From Psychrobacter sp. DM4 (GTDB lineage Bacteria > Pseudomonadota > Gammaproteobacteria > Pseudomonadales > Moraxellaceae), in NCBI RefSeq assembly GCF_051307035.1, contig NZ_CP195536.1:1080001-1112000 (forward strand): a stretch of DNA of 32,000 bases, read 5' to 3'. Shown in pieces: positions 7,199 to 16,007 of the stretch; position 1 is the stretch's first letter, and every line of letters starts with the position of its first letter. Made by a program: the position numbers and the translations under genes. The notes under the pieces were generated by a model. That model was not told where the DNA came from. It did no database searches and saw only the letters and a program-made list of their open reading frames with translations.

Positions 7199-9358
7199 CT
7201 AGCCTCGACGCCACGTCTGATACTTCTCGACGATGTCCAAAAGTTTTTCAGGGGCGTTATTGCGCTTCCAATTACCAGCGGCGTATTTATTGCCCTCAGC
7301 CCATGTCGGGTACATATGTATCGTACCAAGTATTTTGTTCAGTCCAAGATTATGTTTCATCGCTAAGATGAATTCACTCATAAACTCGCCCGCGTTTTCA
7401 GCGACGATAGTGACGCCAAGTATTTTGTCTTTACCTTTGGGCGTAATGACCTTTATAAAGCCATAATTAGCACTTTCAGTTACCGCGCGATCCAAATCCT
7501 TAAAATCATAATGCGTCACCTCAAAATCTATGCCTTTTTCAAGCGCTTCTTGCTCATTTAATCCCACACGCGCCACTTCTGGGTCAACAAAGGTTGTCCA
7601 AGGAATAACGCGATAATCAACTTTGAATTTTTTGAGATGACCAAATAGACCATTCACCGCTGCATACCATGCCTGATGCGAGGCCACATGAGTGAATTGA
7701 TAGGGACCAACCACATCACCTGCAGCGTAGATATTGGGATATAGGGTCTCCAAATATTCATCAGTATCTATCGTACGGTCAGTCGCAATTCCCAAGGCTT
7801 CTAGGCCATAGCCTTTAAGACGAGCACTACGACCCACCGCACAGATCAATTGATCATATTCAAAAGCGATCTCTTTTGAGTTACCCATAGCTTGAGCGAT
7901 AATAAACTTCTTATCACCGCGCCGCTCACAGCGGATAGCTTGATGTGAGGTCAAGACGTTGACCCCGCTTTGGGTGAGTACTTGCTCGGCAAGCTCTGAT
8001 ACCTCAACATCTTCTTTTTTGATCAAGCGCGCGCTACGCTCAATCTGAGTTACGTCAGAACTTAGGCGGGCAAAGGCTTGTGCGAGCTCCGAGCCGATAG
8101 GACCGCCGCCGAGTACCACAAGCTTCTTTGGCGCTTCATCGAGCTGAGTAAAGGTCTCCCACATCGTATCACTAGTCACGTAGCCTGTCTCCTCTAGCCC
8201 CGGCAAGTCTGGAATGAAGGGGCGCGCGCCAGTAGCAATGACGATTGAGCGCGCGGTTAGCCGCTGTATGCCGCCTTCGTTGAGGGCGATCTCTACCGTC
8301 CACGGATCGACAAAAGTAGCATAACCTTTTAGCACCTCAACGCCAAGCTCGGTATAGCGCTCCACACTGTCATTGGGCGCGATATCAGCGATTACCTTAT
8401 TGATGCGAGTCATAATGTTTTTAAAGTCAAATTGTGGCTCAGTATTATCAAGACCGTAGCGCTCGCCATGGCGCATCTGCTGCGCGACTTTGGCACTTTT
8501 GATGAGCGCTTTGCTCGGCACGCAACCATAATTTAGACAGTCGCCGCCCATCTCACCCGCTTCAATCAAAGTAACCTTTGCTCTTACTGTAGCCGCGATG
8601 TAGCTCGTTACTAAGCCGCCAGCCCCTGCGCCGATTACTATCATATTGCGATCGAATTTTTTGGGTTTGGTATAGTTTTTATAGACGCGACGTTTTGTGA
8701 TTAGGTTGATAATCGATTTGGCAATTAACGGAAACAGGCCCAGTAGCACAAAGGATAAAATCAAATTAAAGGAGAGTATGCCAGATAAACTCTCAATTTG
8801 TGCCAACTGCGTTCCTGCATTGACGTAGACAAAAGTGCCTGCAAGCATACCGAGCTGACTGACCCAATAAAACGTCCACGTCTTGATTGCCGTGAGACCC
8901 ATCAATAGATTAATAATAAAAAAGGGAAATATCGGTACTAAACGCAGTGTAAATAGATAGAATGCGCCTTCTTTTTTGACGCCATTATCAATCGACTCTA
9001 AGCGATCAGGGAAGCGCTGTTTGATAGTGTCACGCAGTAGGTAGCGCGAGACCAAAAACGCAAAGGTTGCACCAATACTTGAGGCAAACGAGGCGATCAA
9101 GACGCCTTGTACTAGCCCAAAGAGCGCACCTGCTGCTAAAGTCATAATAGCTGCGCCCGGCAAGGAGAGTGCCGTTACGAGTACATATAGTAAGAAAAAT
9201 CCACCGATAATCAATAGCGGCGACTGCGCCTTGTATTCATCAAACTGATCCATCGAGCCTTTTAGACCTTCAAGGGTCAATAAGTCATTAAGACCAAAAT
9301 AAAAAAAGCCAATAACCAGAATCACTACAACGAAGATAAGTGCTATTTTTTTTATCAT
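7199..9358 (-). CDS. Fusion protein: N-terminal DedA/TVP38 (SNARE-associated) membrane domain plus C-terminal FAD-dependent class-I pyridine nucleotide-disulfide oxidoreductase (Lpd/MerA-like)
   Basis: The first ~235 aa are polytopic membrane sequence of DedA type. Then GAGAGG Rossmann motif, redox-active GGDCLNYGCVPSK, a second NAD(P)H Rossmann GGGPIGSELA, and a dimerisation-domain HMYPTWAEG motif. ATG at 9358 (MIKKIALIF) is preferred over TTG at 9379. Confidence 0.85.
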   Translation of the reverse strand: MIKKIALIFVVVILVIGFFYFGLNDLLTLEGLKGSMDQFDEYKAQSPLLIIGGFFLLYVLVTALSLPGAAIMTLAAGALFGLVQGVLIASFASSIGATFAFLVSRYLLRDTIKQRFPDRLESIDNGVKKEGAFYLFTLRLVPIFPFFIINLLMGLTAIKTWTFYWVSQLGMLAGTFVYVNAGTQLAQIESLSGILSFNLILSFVLLGLFPLIAKSIINLITKRRVYKNYTKPKKFDRNMIVIGAGAGGLVTSYIAATVRAKVTLIEAGEMGGDCLNYGCVPSKALIKSAKVAQQMRHGERYGLDNTEPQFDFKNIMTRINKVIADIAPNDSVERYTELGVEVLKGYATFVDPWTVEIALNEGGIQRLTARSIVIATGARPFIPDLPGLEETGYVTSDTMWETFTQLDEAPKKLVVLGGGPIGSELAQAFARLSSDVTQIERSARLIKKEDVEVSELAEQVLTQSGVNVLTSHQAIRCERRGDKKFIIAQAMGNSKEIAFEYDQLICAVGRSARLKGYGLEALGIATDRTIDTDEYLETLYPNIYAAGDVVGPYQFTHVASHQAWYAAVNGLFGHLKKFKVDYRVIPWTTFVDPEVARVGLNEQEALEKGIDFEVTHYDFKDLDRAVTESANYGFIKVITPKGKDKILGVTIVAENAGEFMSEFILAMKHNLGLNKILGTIHMYPTWAEGNKYAAGNWKRNNAPEKLLDIVEKYQTWRRG

Positions 9359-9683
9359 GAATGATCCAGTTAAAGGCAAGAGTAGAGGTTGTCAGCACCG
9401 TTGTGCTTGATGAGATGATCATTAAAGTAGTTTTACGTTGAACGATTACTCAAATAAAATGAAAACAAGGTAATTAAAAGCATGGGCAATAGCATTGTAG
9501 TTGTTATTGAGTGTTTGTTCAAATTTATCTCAAAGGGCATTTATTTATCGCTATTGTTGGCTAGGCCTCACTAAACCATCACTCTTATAAGAATAAATAA
9601 GGTAGCATATACACATAAAAATATGAGCTTTATTCATATCGTTATTTACTATCATTTAAATATCACAAAGAAGGGTTATAAGC

Positions 9684-10106
9684 ATGATTAATACTAAAAT
9701 TTATAAAGCCATATATTCTTTAGCAGAAGACTTGTTAGAGGCGGATCGTATCGGTGATCAGCCGCAGTTTGACAAGCTATACGATACGCTTAAAGCTCTC
9801 TGTGCCGATAACGAAGCTACGCCAAAAGATCATCCTGAGCAGTGGGAGACCTTGGCCGACTTTACCGCAGATTTAGACGAAGCGCTGGTGATTTATGACA
9901 AGGCCTTGGTCAAAGCGACAGCGATAAACTCAAAAGATCATCTATCCTCCATCGCTTACTCTATGGCAGTATTGCAGATCGAAAAAGAGGACAAGGATGC
10001 GGCAATACAGAGTCTACAAAACGCCAAAATCACCGCGAACAAAATAGAAGATAAAGAGTTCAAGGTGGAGATTGATGAGTTACTTGCCTCTTTGTTAGCA
10101 GAATAG
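9684..10106 (+). CDS. Hypothetical protein, 140 aa, all-helical and TPR-like in appearance
   Basis: Clean ORF with GAAGGG SD. I recognise no family. Confidence 0.55.
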   Translation: MINTKIYKAIYSLAEDLLEADRIGDQPQFDKLYDTLKALCADNEATPKDHPEQWETLADFTADLDEALVIYDKALVKATAINSKDHLSSIAYSMAVLQIEKEDKDAAIQSLQNAKITANKIEDKEFKVEIDELLASLLAE

Positions 10107-10313
10107 GAACAAATACTTTGCGTAAATACAAAGTACCACGATATGTTTTATCAACGCTTGTGTCTTTGAATGAACCTAAATCGGCTACACTGATACCAAT
10201 ACGCTTGTGTTTTGATACAAAATTGTTCAAGATATTGTATTAACGACTTTGTTTTAGATATCCCTCCTATGATTGAGGGCTACTTTTGATATGGACATTA
10301 TTAGGATAATAGT

Positions 10314-11840
10314 ATGAGTTCAAACAACCACGAAGACCGCGTACAACACGAAGGCTTACGCGACAAAATTATGTCAGCTGAGCAAGCTGCCTCATTTGTA
10401 CAGAACGGTATGACGCTTGGTGTCGCAGGATTTACGGGTGCAGGCTATCCTAAGTTTGTACCGACGGCTATCGCTAACCGCGCCAAAGAGGCGCATGCTA
10501 AGGGTGAAGAGTTTGGTATTGGTATGCTAACCGGGGCATCTACCGCTCACGACTGTGATGGTGTGTTGGCAGAGGCCAACTGTATCAACTTTCGCGCGCC
10601 GTTCCAGTCTGATCCTGCGCTGCGCAACAATATCAATGCAGGCAAGACCCATTATGTCGATATGCACTTATCGCATTTTGAGCAGCAAGTGCGTTTTGGC
10701 TTTTATGGCGACATGGATATTGCACTGATTGAAGCTGCGGCGATCACCCCAGAAGGTAAAATCATTCCTTCAATGGGTATTGGTACCAACAATCAATGGC
10801 TTAAAACCGCCAAAAAAGTCATCATCGAAGTCAACGTGCGCCAAAGCATGAAATTAGAGGGGATGCATGACATTCCTGATGATCTAGGCGCGCCGCCGCA
10901 TCGTCAGCCTATTCCTATCGTCGATCCAGCCAACCGTATCGGTACGCCGTATTTAGAATGTGACCTTGATAAGATCATTGGTATTGTTATGACCGATGCG
11001 CCTGATCGTAATAGCAAATTTGCTGATCCCGATGAGAACTCCAAAACCATCGCTTCACAAATCATCGAATTTTTGGATCATGAAGTCAAGCAAGGTCGCC
11101 TGCCAAAGAATCTATTGCCTTTACAGTCTGGTGTTGGCAACGTCGCCAATGCGGTGTTGATGGGTTTGCAAGACAGTCCTTTTGATAATCTAATGGGCTA
11201 TACAGAAGTACTGCAAGATGGCATGCTCGATTTGGTGTTGAGTGGCAAGATGGCATCAGCGTCTGCTACCGCATTATCATTTAGCCCGGATGCGCTGCAG
11301 CGCTTTAACGATAATATTGATTTTCTACGTAATAAGCTTATCCTGCGTCCGCAAGAGTTCACTAATAATCCTGAGGTTATCCGTCGTTTGGGCATCATTG
11401 CGATGAATGCGATGATCGAAGCAGATATCTATGGCAACGTCAACTCAACCCATATTATGGGTACCAAGATGATGAATGGTATCGGCGGTTCAGGAGACTT
11501 TACTCGTAACTCGCATTTTTCATTCTTTGTGAGTCCATCGACTGCGAAAGGTGGCGCGATCTCAGCTATCGTGCCTATGGTATCGCATCATGACCATACA
11601 GAGCATGACGTCATGTTCCTAGTGACAGAACAAGGGTTTGCCGATCTACGCGGTAAGTCGCCGCGTCAACGCGCTCAGCTAATTATCGATAACTGCGCGC
11701 ATCCAGACTATCGCCCAATGCTCCAAGATTACTACGATCGCGCTCAACAGTCAGGACCGCTACATACGCCGCATCTGTTAACAGAATCTTTGTCATGGCA
11801 TCAGCGTTTTGTTGAGACCGGTGATATGCGTATTAAGTAA
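10314..11840 (+). CDS. Acetyl-CoA hydrolase/transferase family enzyme (succinyl-CoA:acetate CoA-transferase, AarC/Cat1/ScpC-like), 508 aa
   Basis: The N-terminal region (GFTGAGYPK...LTGASTA...INAGKTHYVDMHLSH) resembles Acetobacter AarC and E. coli ScpC as I recall them. Confidence 0.88.
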   Translation: MSSNNHEDRVQHEGLRDKIMSAEQAASFVQNGMTLGVAGFTGAGYPKFVPTAIANRAKEAHAKGEEFGIGMLTGASTAHDCDGVLAEANCINFRAPFQSDPALRNNINAGKTHYVDMHLSHFEQQVRFGFYGDMDIALIEAAAITPEGKIIPSMGIGTNNQWLKTAKKVIIEVNVRQSMKLEGMHDIPDDLGAPPHRQPIPIVDPANRIGTPYLECDLDKIIGIVMTDAPDRNSKFADPDENSKTIASQIIEFLDHEVKQGRLPKNLLPLQSGVGNVANAVLMGLQDSPFDNLMGYTEVLQDGMLDLVLSGKMASASATALSFSPDALQRFNDNIDFLRNKLILRPQEFTNNPEVIRRLGIIAMNAMIEADIYGNVNSTHIMGTKMMNGIGGSGDFTRNSHFSFFVSPSTAKGGAISAIVPMVSHHDHTEHDVMFLVTEQGFADLRGKSPRQRAQLIIDNCAHPDYRPMLQDYYDRAQQSGPLHTPHLLTESLSWHQRFVETGDMRIK

Positions 11841-11868
11841 GCTTTTGGCTCATAATGACACTATTAAT

Positions 11869-11904
11869 AAAAGCCCCTTGTCTTAATGATAAGGGGCTTT
11901 TATT
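11869..11904. terminator. Rho-independent terminator between convergent genes
   Basis: aaagcccctt-(11-nt loop)-aaggggcttt followed by ttatt. Confidence 0.75.
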
Positions 11905-11922
11905 GATTCAACGCTGCTTAAA

Positions 11923-12870
11923 CTAAGCGCTTTCATCAAACTCAGCGAGCATCTCATCGACGCGCTTGTCTTTTTGTCGCCATATTTGTTCAACCCAAGT
12001 GAACATTTGCGCTTTGACGCGCTCGTCATTCTCATAACCGCCACTTTGGATATCAGCGATTATATTAGCAGGAACATCAAGGTAGCGGACATCTACGCTT
12101 AGGCGTTTAATATTGCCCTGCCATAAGTCACCATAGTTTGGAATACCATCAGGATAGACGATGGTCATATCCAAGATACCGTCGATCTCATCACCCAAGG
12201 CATTGATAGCCAATGCCAAGCCGCCCGCACGAGGTTTAAGCAAATGGGTATAAGGCGAGTGCTGCTGGTCACGCTTGGCAGGGGTGAAGCGCGTGCCTTC
12301 TAGATAGTTAAGTAGGGTGAAGGGCTTGTCTTTGAGTAGCGCGCAGGCGCGTTTCGCCTCAATGATGTCTTTGCCTTGTAGTGCTGGGTTCTTGGCAATC
12401 GCTTTTTTGGAGTGGCGGCGCATCATCGGAAAGTCCAAGAAATAAAAGGTCTGACCGACGATAGGCAGGTATATCAGCTCAAATTTGGTAAAAAACCGTG
12501 TCAAAGGTAGATGATCTTGACTAATGTATTGCACGATACTGGTGTCAACCCACGACTGATGGTTGCTGACGAGCAAGTACTTGCCGCTAGTATTGGCATC
12601 ATCAGGTAGACGAATACGCCAGTCTTTTTTGGGTAATACCGTATCGATCACCGCATTATTACTTCTGATCCAGTGGTTGGCGATTTTGATCACTGCCTTA
12701 TCTGCGACATCCGCGCCCGTGATGATTTTGGTCGCACCCATAAGCCAGACAGGGATACTACCTGCGAAACTATTACCCAAAATAACGCCCGTTGCGGTCG
12801 CTAGTGATACTGCTTTGCCAATCCTAGGCGCACGGTCATGCATTTTTTGAAATAATGAGGCCAAGCGCAT
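11923..12870 (-). CDS. Lysophospholipid/glycerolipid acyltransferase, YihG-like, 315 aa
   Basis: HX4D motif (NHQSWVDT) and EGTR motif of PlsC-family acyltransferases. Overall layout is like E. coli YihG. AGAAGGA SD. Confidence 0.85.
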   Translation of the reverse strand: MRLASLFQKMHDRAPRIGKAVSLATATGVILGNSFAGSIPVWLMGATKIITGADVADKAVIKIANHWIRSNNAVIDTVLPKKDWRIRLPDDANTSGKYLLVSNHQSWVDTSIVQYISQDHLPLTRFFTKFELIYLPIVGQTFYFLDFPMMRRHSKKAIAKNPALQGKDIIEAKRACALLKDKPFTLLNYLEGTRFTPAKRDQQHSPYTHLLKPRAGGLALAINALGDEIDGILDMTIVYPDGIPNYGDLWQGNIKRLSVDVRYLDVPANIIADIQSGGYENDERVKAQMFTWVEQIWRQKDKRVDEMLAEFDESA

Positions 12871-13075
12871 GTCAAATCCTTCTCTAATGTATGTCTTGTT
12901 CGCTTTTGTAATGACATAATTTTAGCAGAAATTTATCCTAAGGTATGACAACTGGCGTGACTGGTGATAACACAAGATATTAAGCGTGAGCAGTAGGTTG
13001 TGTTCGTTGAATACAATGAATAGATAAGTCGAGTAGCGATATGAGTTGAATGTATTCTGTAAATCAAGCAAACAC

Positions 13076-13103
13076 AAAAAAGCACCTCTCAAGGTGCTTT
13101 TTG
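13076..13103 (-). terminator. Hairpin terminator downstream of the small minus-strand ORF
   Basis: aaaaa-agcacc-tctcaa-ggtgct-ttttg. The A-run gives a T-run on the minus strand. Confidence 0.6.
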
Positions 13104-13173
13104 CATCGTATCATCATAATATTGTTAATGGCTGTACAAGCAGTGACTACCAATTGGCAACTACTGACTACAA

Positions 13174-13395
13174 CTAGTTGTTATAGTTAATTCTAATTTG
13201 CTCTTCAAAGAACGCAGACGCCATACCATTGATTTGGTTGCAATAGACCTCATCTACTGTAGGATCGACGTTTTCCTTATCTTGAATGCCAGCTTGGGCA
13301 TAAAGGGCATCATAAATGTTACCGTTGTATCGTACTACAGCTTGAATATCACCGTCATCTTCAGTATATCTTGCCGCTGACAATTCGTTGTTCAT
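13174..13395 (-). CDS. Hypothetical small protein, 73 aa from ATG 13395
   Basis: ORF followed by its own terminator about 70 nt downstream. No recognised family. Weak SD, and only about 46 bp separate it from the divergent arfB. Confidence 0.4.
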   Translation of the reverse strand: MNNELSAARYTEDDGDIQAVVRYNGNIYDALYAQAGIQDKENVDPTVDEVYCNQINGMASAFFEEQIRINYNN

Positions 13396-13441
13396 CAACC
13401 ATACGCCATATAGATAAACACAAAATAATTAAAAGAGTACT

Positions 13442-13855
13442 ATGATTTTTATCAGTAATACCATTAGCCTAAGCGATAGTGACATACAAATCAGTGCCAT
13501 TCGCGCGCAAGGAGCAGGTGGGCAGAACGTCAATAAAGTTTCCTCCGCCATTCATTTGCGCTTCGATATAAATGCATCAAGTCTGAGTGACGCACAAAAG
13601 CAGCGATTACTCTCTAGCAAAGACAGTCGCATAACCAAAGACGGAATATTCGTCTTAAAGGCTCAACAATTTCGTACCCAAGAGCGCAATAAAATTGATG
13701 CCTTTGAGCGTCTAAAAGCCTTTATCTTACAAGCGACCCAAGTCGCCAAAGTGCGCAGACCCACCAGACCTAGTAGAAATGCTAAGCGCAAACGTGTCGA
13801 CCAAAAGACCCAGCGTGGCAAAACAAAAGCATTGCGCGGCAAGGTTGATTATTAA
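13442..13855 (+). CDS. arfB: Alternative ribosome-rescue factor ArfB (YaeJ), peptidyl-tRNA hydrolase, 137 aa
   Basis: RF-1 domain with GGQ motif (GAGGQNVNKV) and a Lys/Arg-rich C-terminal tail. Size is typical of ArfB. Confidence 0.92.
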   Translation: MIFISNTISLSDSDIQISAIRAQGAGGQNVNKVSSAIHLRFDINASSLSDAQKQRLLSSKDSRITKDGIFVLKAQQFRTQERNKIDAFERLKAFILQATQVAKVRRPTRPSRNAKRKRVDQKTQRGKTKALRGKVDY

Positions 13856-13891
13856 ACGAGTTTCTCTTAAATTAAATTTGGACACTATTCT

Positions 13892-14614
13892 ATGTTAATT
13901 AACGCAGATTTTTCGTGTCGTGCTGAGCTACCCGCTGAAGAGCACCAATGGGTCAAGTCTCCACAGGGCGGCGTTGAGCGCGTGATGCTCGATCGCGTAG
14001 GCGCGGAAAAGGCGCGGGCGACCAGTTTTGTGTGTTATGCCCCAAACTCGCACTTTCCGCATCATCAGCATCCGGGCGGCGAGGAAATTTTAGTACTATC
14101 AGGTACGTTTTCTGCTGACGATACGCACTATCCTGCAGGCTGGTATCTGCGCAATCCGCCTGAGTCATCTCACACGCCCTTCAGTGATGAGGGAGCCGTT
14201 ATCTTTGTAAAATTGCGCCAGATGTCATCATCTGAAGATCGTCATGTCGCGATTGATACGTACGATAGCGCTAATTGGCAACGAGTAGTTGATCGCGACG
14301 TATGTCCTTTATACTCAAGTGAGAGCTCTATCAACAACAGCGAGCAGGTGAGTCTGCAGCGCTTGCAAGTAGATGAGGTATTGTTTACCGATGATCTACT
14401 TGCGCAAACGCTTATAGGTGGCGCAGAGCTGTTAGTAGTTAAAGGCTCGCTTATAGAAGGGGATCAAACGTATCTGAAAGATAGCTGGATACGTATGCCT
14501 GTAGGTACGCTGACCACAATAAAAGCAGGCGCGACAGGTGCGACCATTTATATTAAGACAGGACATCTTGCCCAGATCATTGGTGCGGATGTTGAAGGGT
14601 TAGAAGTTCGATGA
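13892..14614 (+). CDS. Cupin-domain protein related to the C-terminal cupin of anti-sigma factor ChrR; no anti-sigma zinc domain; 240 aa
   Basis: HHQHPGGEEILVLSGTF...YLRNPPESSHTP matches the ChrR-type cupin pattern. No HxxxCxxC N-terminal anti-sigma domain is present. Confidence 0.75.
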   Translation: MLINADFSCRAELPAEEHQWVKSPQGGVERVMLDRVGAEKARATSFVCYAPNSHFPHHQHPGGEEILVLSGTFSADDTHYPAGWYLRNPPESSHTPFSDEGAVIFVKLRQMSSSEDRHVAIDTYDSANWQRVVDRDVCPLYSSESSINNSEQVSLQRLQVDEVLFTDDLLAQTLIGGAELLVVKGSLIEGDQTYLKDSWIRMPVGTLTTIKAGATGATIYIKTGHLAQIIGADVEGLEVR

Positions 14615-14679
14615 GCTAATATATATTGTCCGTTATTTGAGATGTTAAACGTTTTTAAAATACTATAAGAAATATAAAT

Positions 14680-15819
14680 ATGAAAAACACGTCTGTAGCT
14701 ATCATCGGTGGTGGTTTAAGTGGTCTGTACGCCGCTTATCTACTAGAAAAGCAAGGCTTGGATTATATCTTGATAGAAGCACGCCCTACTTTAGGGGGTC
14801 GTATTTTGAACAACATGCTTTTAAAGGGCACTAACCTTGAGCAGATGCCTGTGCAACAGCTCGATGCTGATACTGTATCAAACATAGATAGTTTTGACTT
14901 AGGACCGTCTTAGTTTTGGCCGGACTATCAGCCGCAGCTGAGTGCTCTAGTCGATGACTTACAGCTCAAGACTTTTGCACAGTTTGAAGAGGGTGATATG
15001 TTGGTCGAGCGTTCTCATCATGAGCCTGCTGTTCGCACGCTAGGGTTCAAAAGCTCGCCGCCATCTATGCGTATTGTAGGTGGTATGACAGCATTAATTG
15101 ACGCTTTATATAGCCGTCTTGATGCTAAAAGGGTAGTCACAAACCAAAGCGTAAAGAGCGTGTCTTACGCGGATAGTTCTGTAGAGATAATAAGCGAGGA
15201 CGCGTCTGGGCAAGTAACGATATGGCATACAAAGCAGGTGTTACTGGCATTGCCGCCTCGTCTAGTAGAGGCCAGCATTACATTTGAACCCAATCTCCCA
15301 ACTGATTTGAGTGAAGAATGGCGCAATACGGTAACTTGGATGGCACCTCATGCAAAATACTTTGCGGTTTACGATAGCCCTTTTTGGCGCGGGCAAGGTC
15401 TCTCAGGTGCAGCCCGTAGCTCGCAAGGTCCGATGGTTGAGATTCATGATGCGTCTATCACAGCTGGTAGTGGCGCATTATTTGGCTTTATAGGGGTACC
15501 TGCCTCTGTCCGTCAAAGTGTCTCGACAGAGGTGTTAAAAGATCATTGCCGCGCGCAACTGGTGCGCTTATTTGGTGAGCAAGCCGCTGCGCCAAAATGT
15601 GAGTACCTCAAGGACTGGTCACAGGATTTATTTACGGCGACCATAGCTGATGTTAGTAGTAATGGTCAGCATGCGTTAGCGCCTAGATCTAAATCAGCAT
15701 CTGGCGTATGGAGTGGTTGTCTGACAGGTATAGGTAGCGAGTGGTCACCGCAGTTCTCAGGATATTTAGCAGGTGCTATAGAAGCGGCAACCCTTGGTGT
15801 ACAAAGCCTGCCTAAGTAA
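14680..15819 (+). pseudogene. Flavin-containing amine oxidase / NAD(P)-FAD oxidoreductase interrupted by a single in-frame TAG at 14911..14913
   Basis: ORFs 14680..14913 and 14998..15819 are in the same frame (both start coordinates equal 1 mod 3). The interval 14914..14997 is open in that frame. N-terminal GGGLSGLYAAYLL dinucleotide-binding motif. Context is DLGPS-TAG-FWPDYQP. Confidence 0.8.
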
Positions 15820-16007
15820 GTGTCGTTTCGATATTATAGTGCTGAGCCCAAGTAGATATCAAAGTAGACTATATATCCAAAAGTCATCAAATAAGGGATA
15901 ATAGCGGTCATAACATTTGCATCGTTAATACAATCTAAACATACCGCCATCTAAACGTAGATTACAAATACTCAAAACTCTATTTTTAAATAACAAGGTC
16001 GACTTAA

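Noticed and set aside
7165-7466. ORFs 7165..7371(+) and 7233..7466(+) overlapping the 3' end of the DedA-reductase gene
   Set aside because: They are antisense shadows of the conserved dimerisation-domain coding region, with no independent signals.
9493-9582. 29-codon hydrophobic ORF (MGNSIVVVIECLFKFISKGIYLSLLLARPH) with an AAGGTA-like SD in the 9380..9683 intergenic region
   Set aside because: It is very short and AT-rich, with no terminator or other supporting signal. It is indistinguishable from chance.
14680-15819. Treating 14680..14913 and 14998..15819 as two independent genes
   Set aside because: They share one frame, with an open connecting segment and a single TAG. The first piece is only a Rossmann N-terminus and the second lacks one. 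Together they make one amine-oxidase fold.
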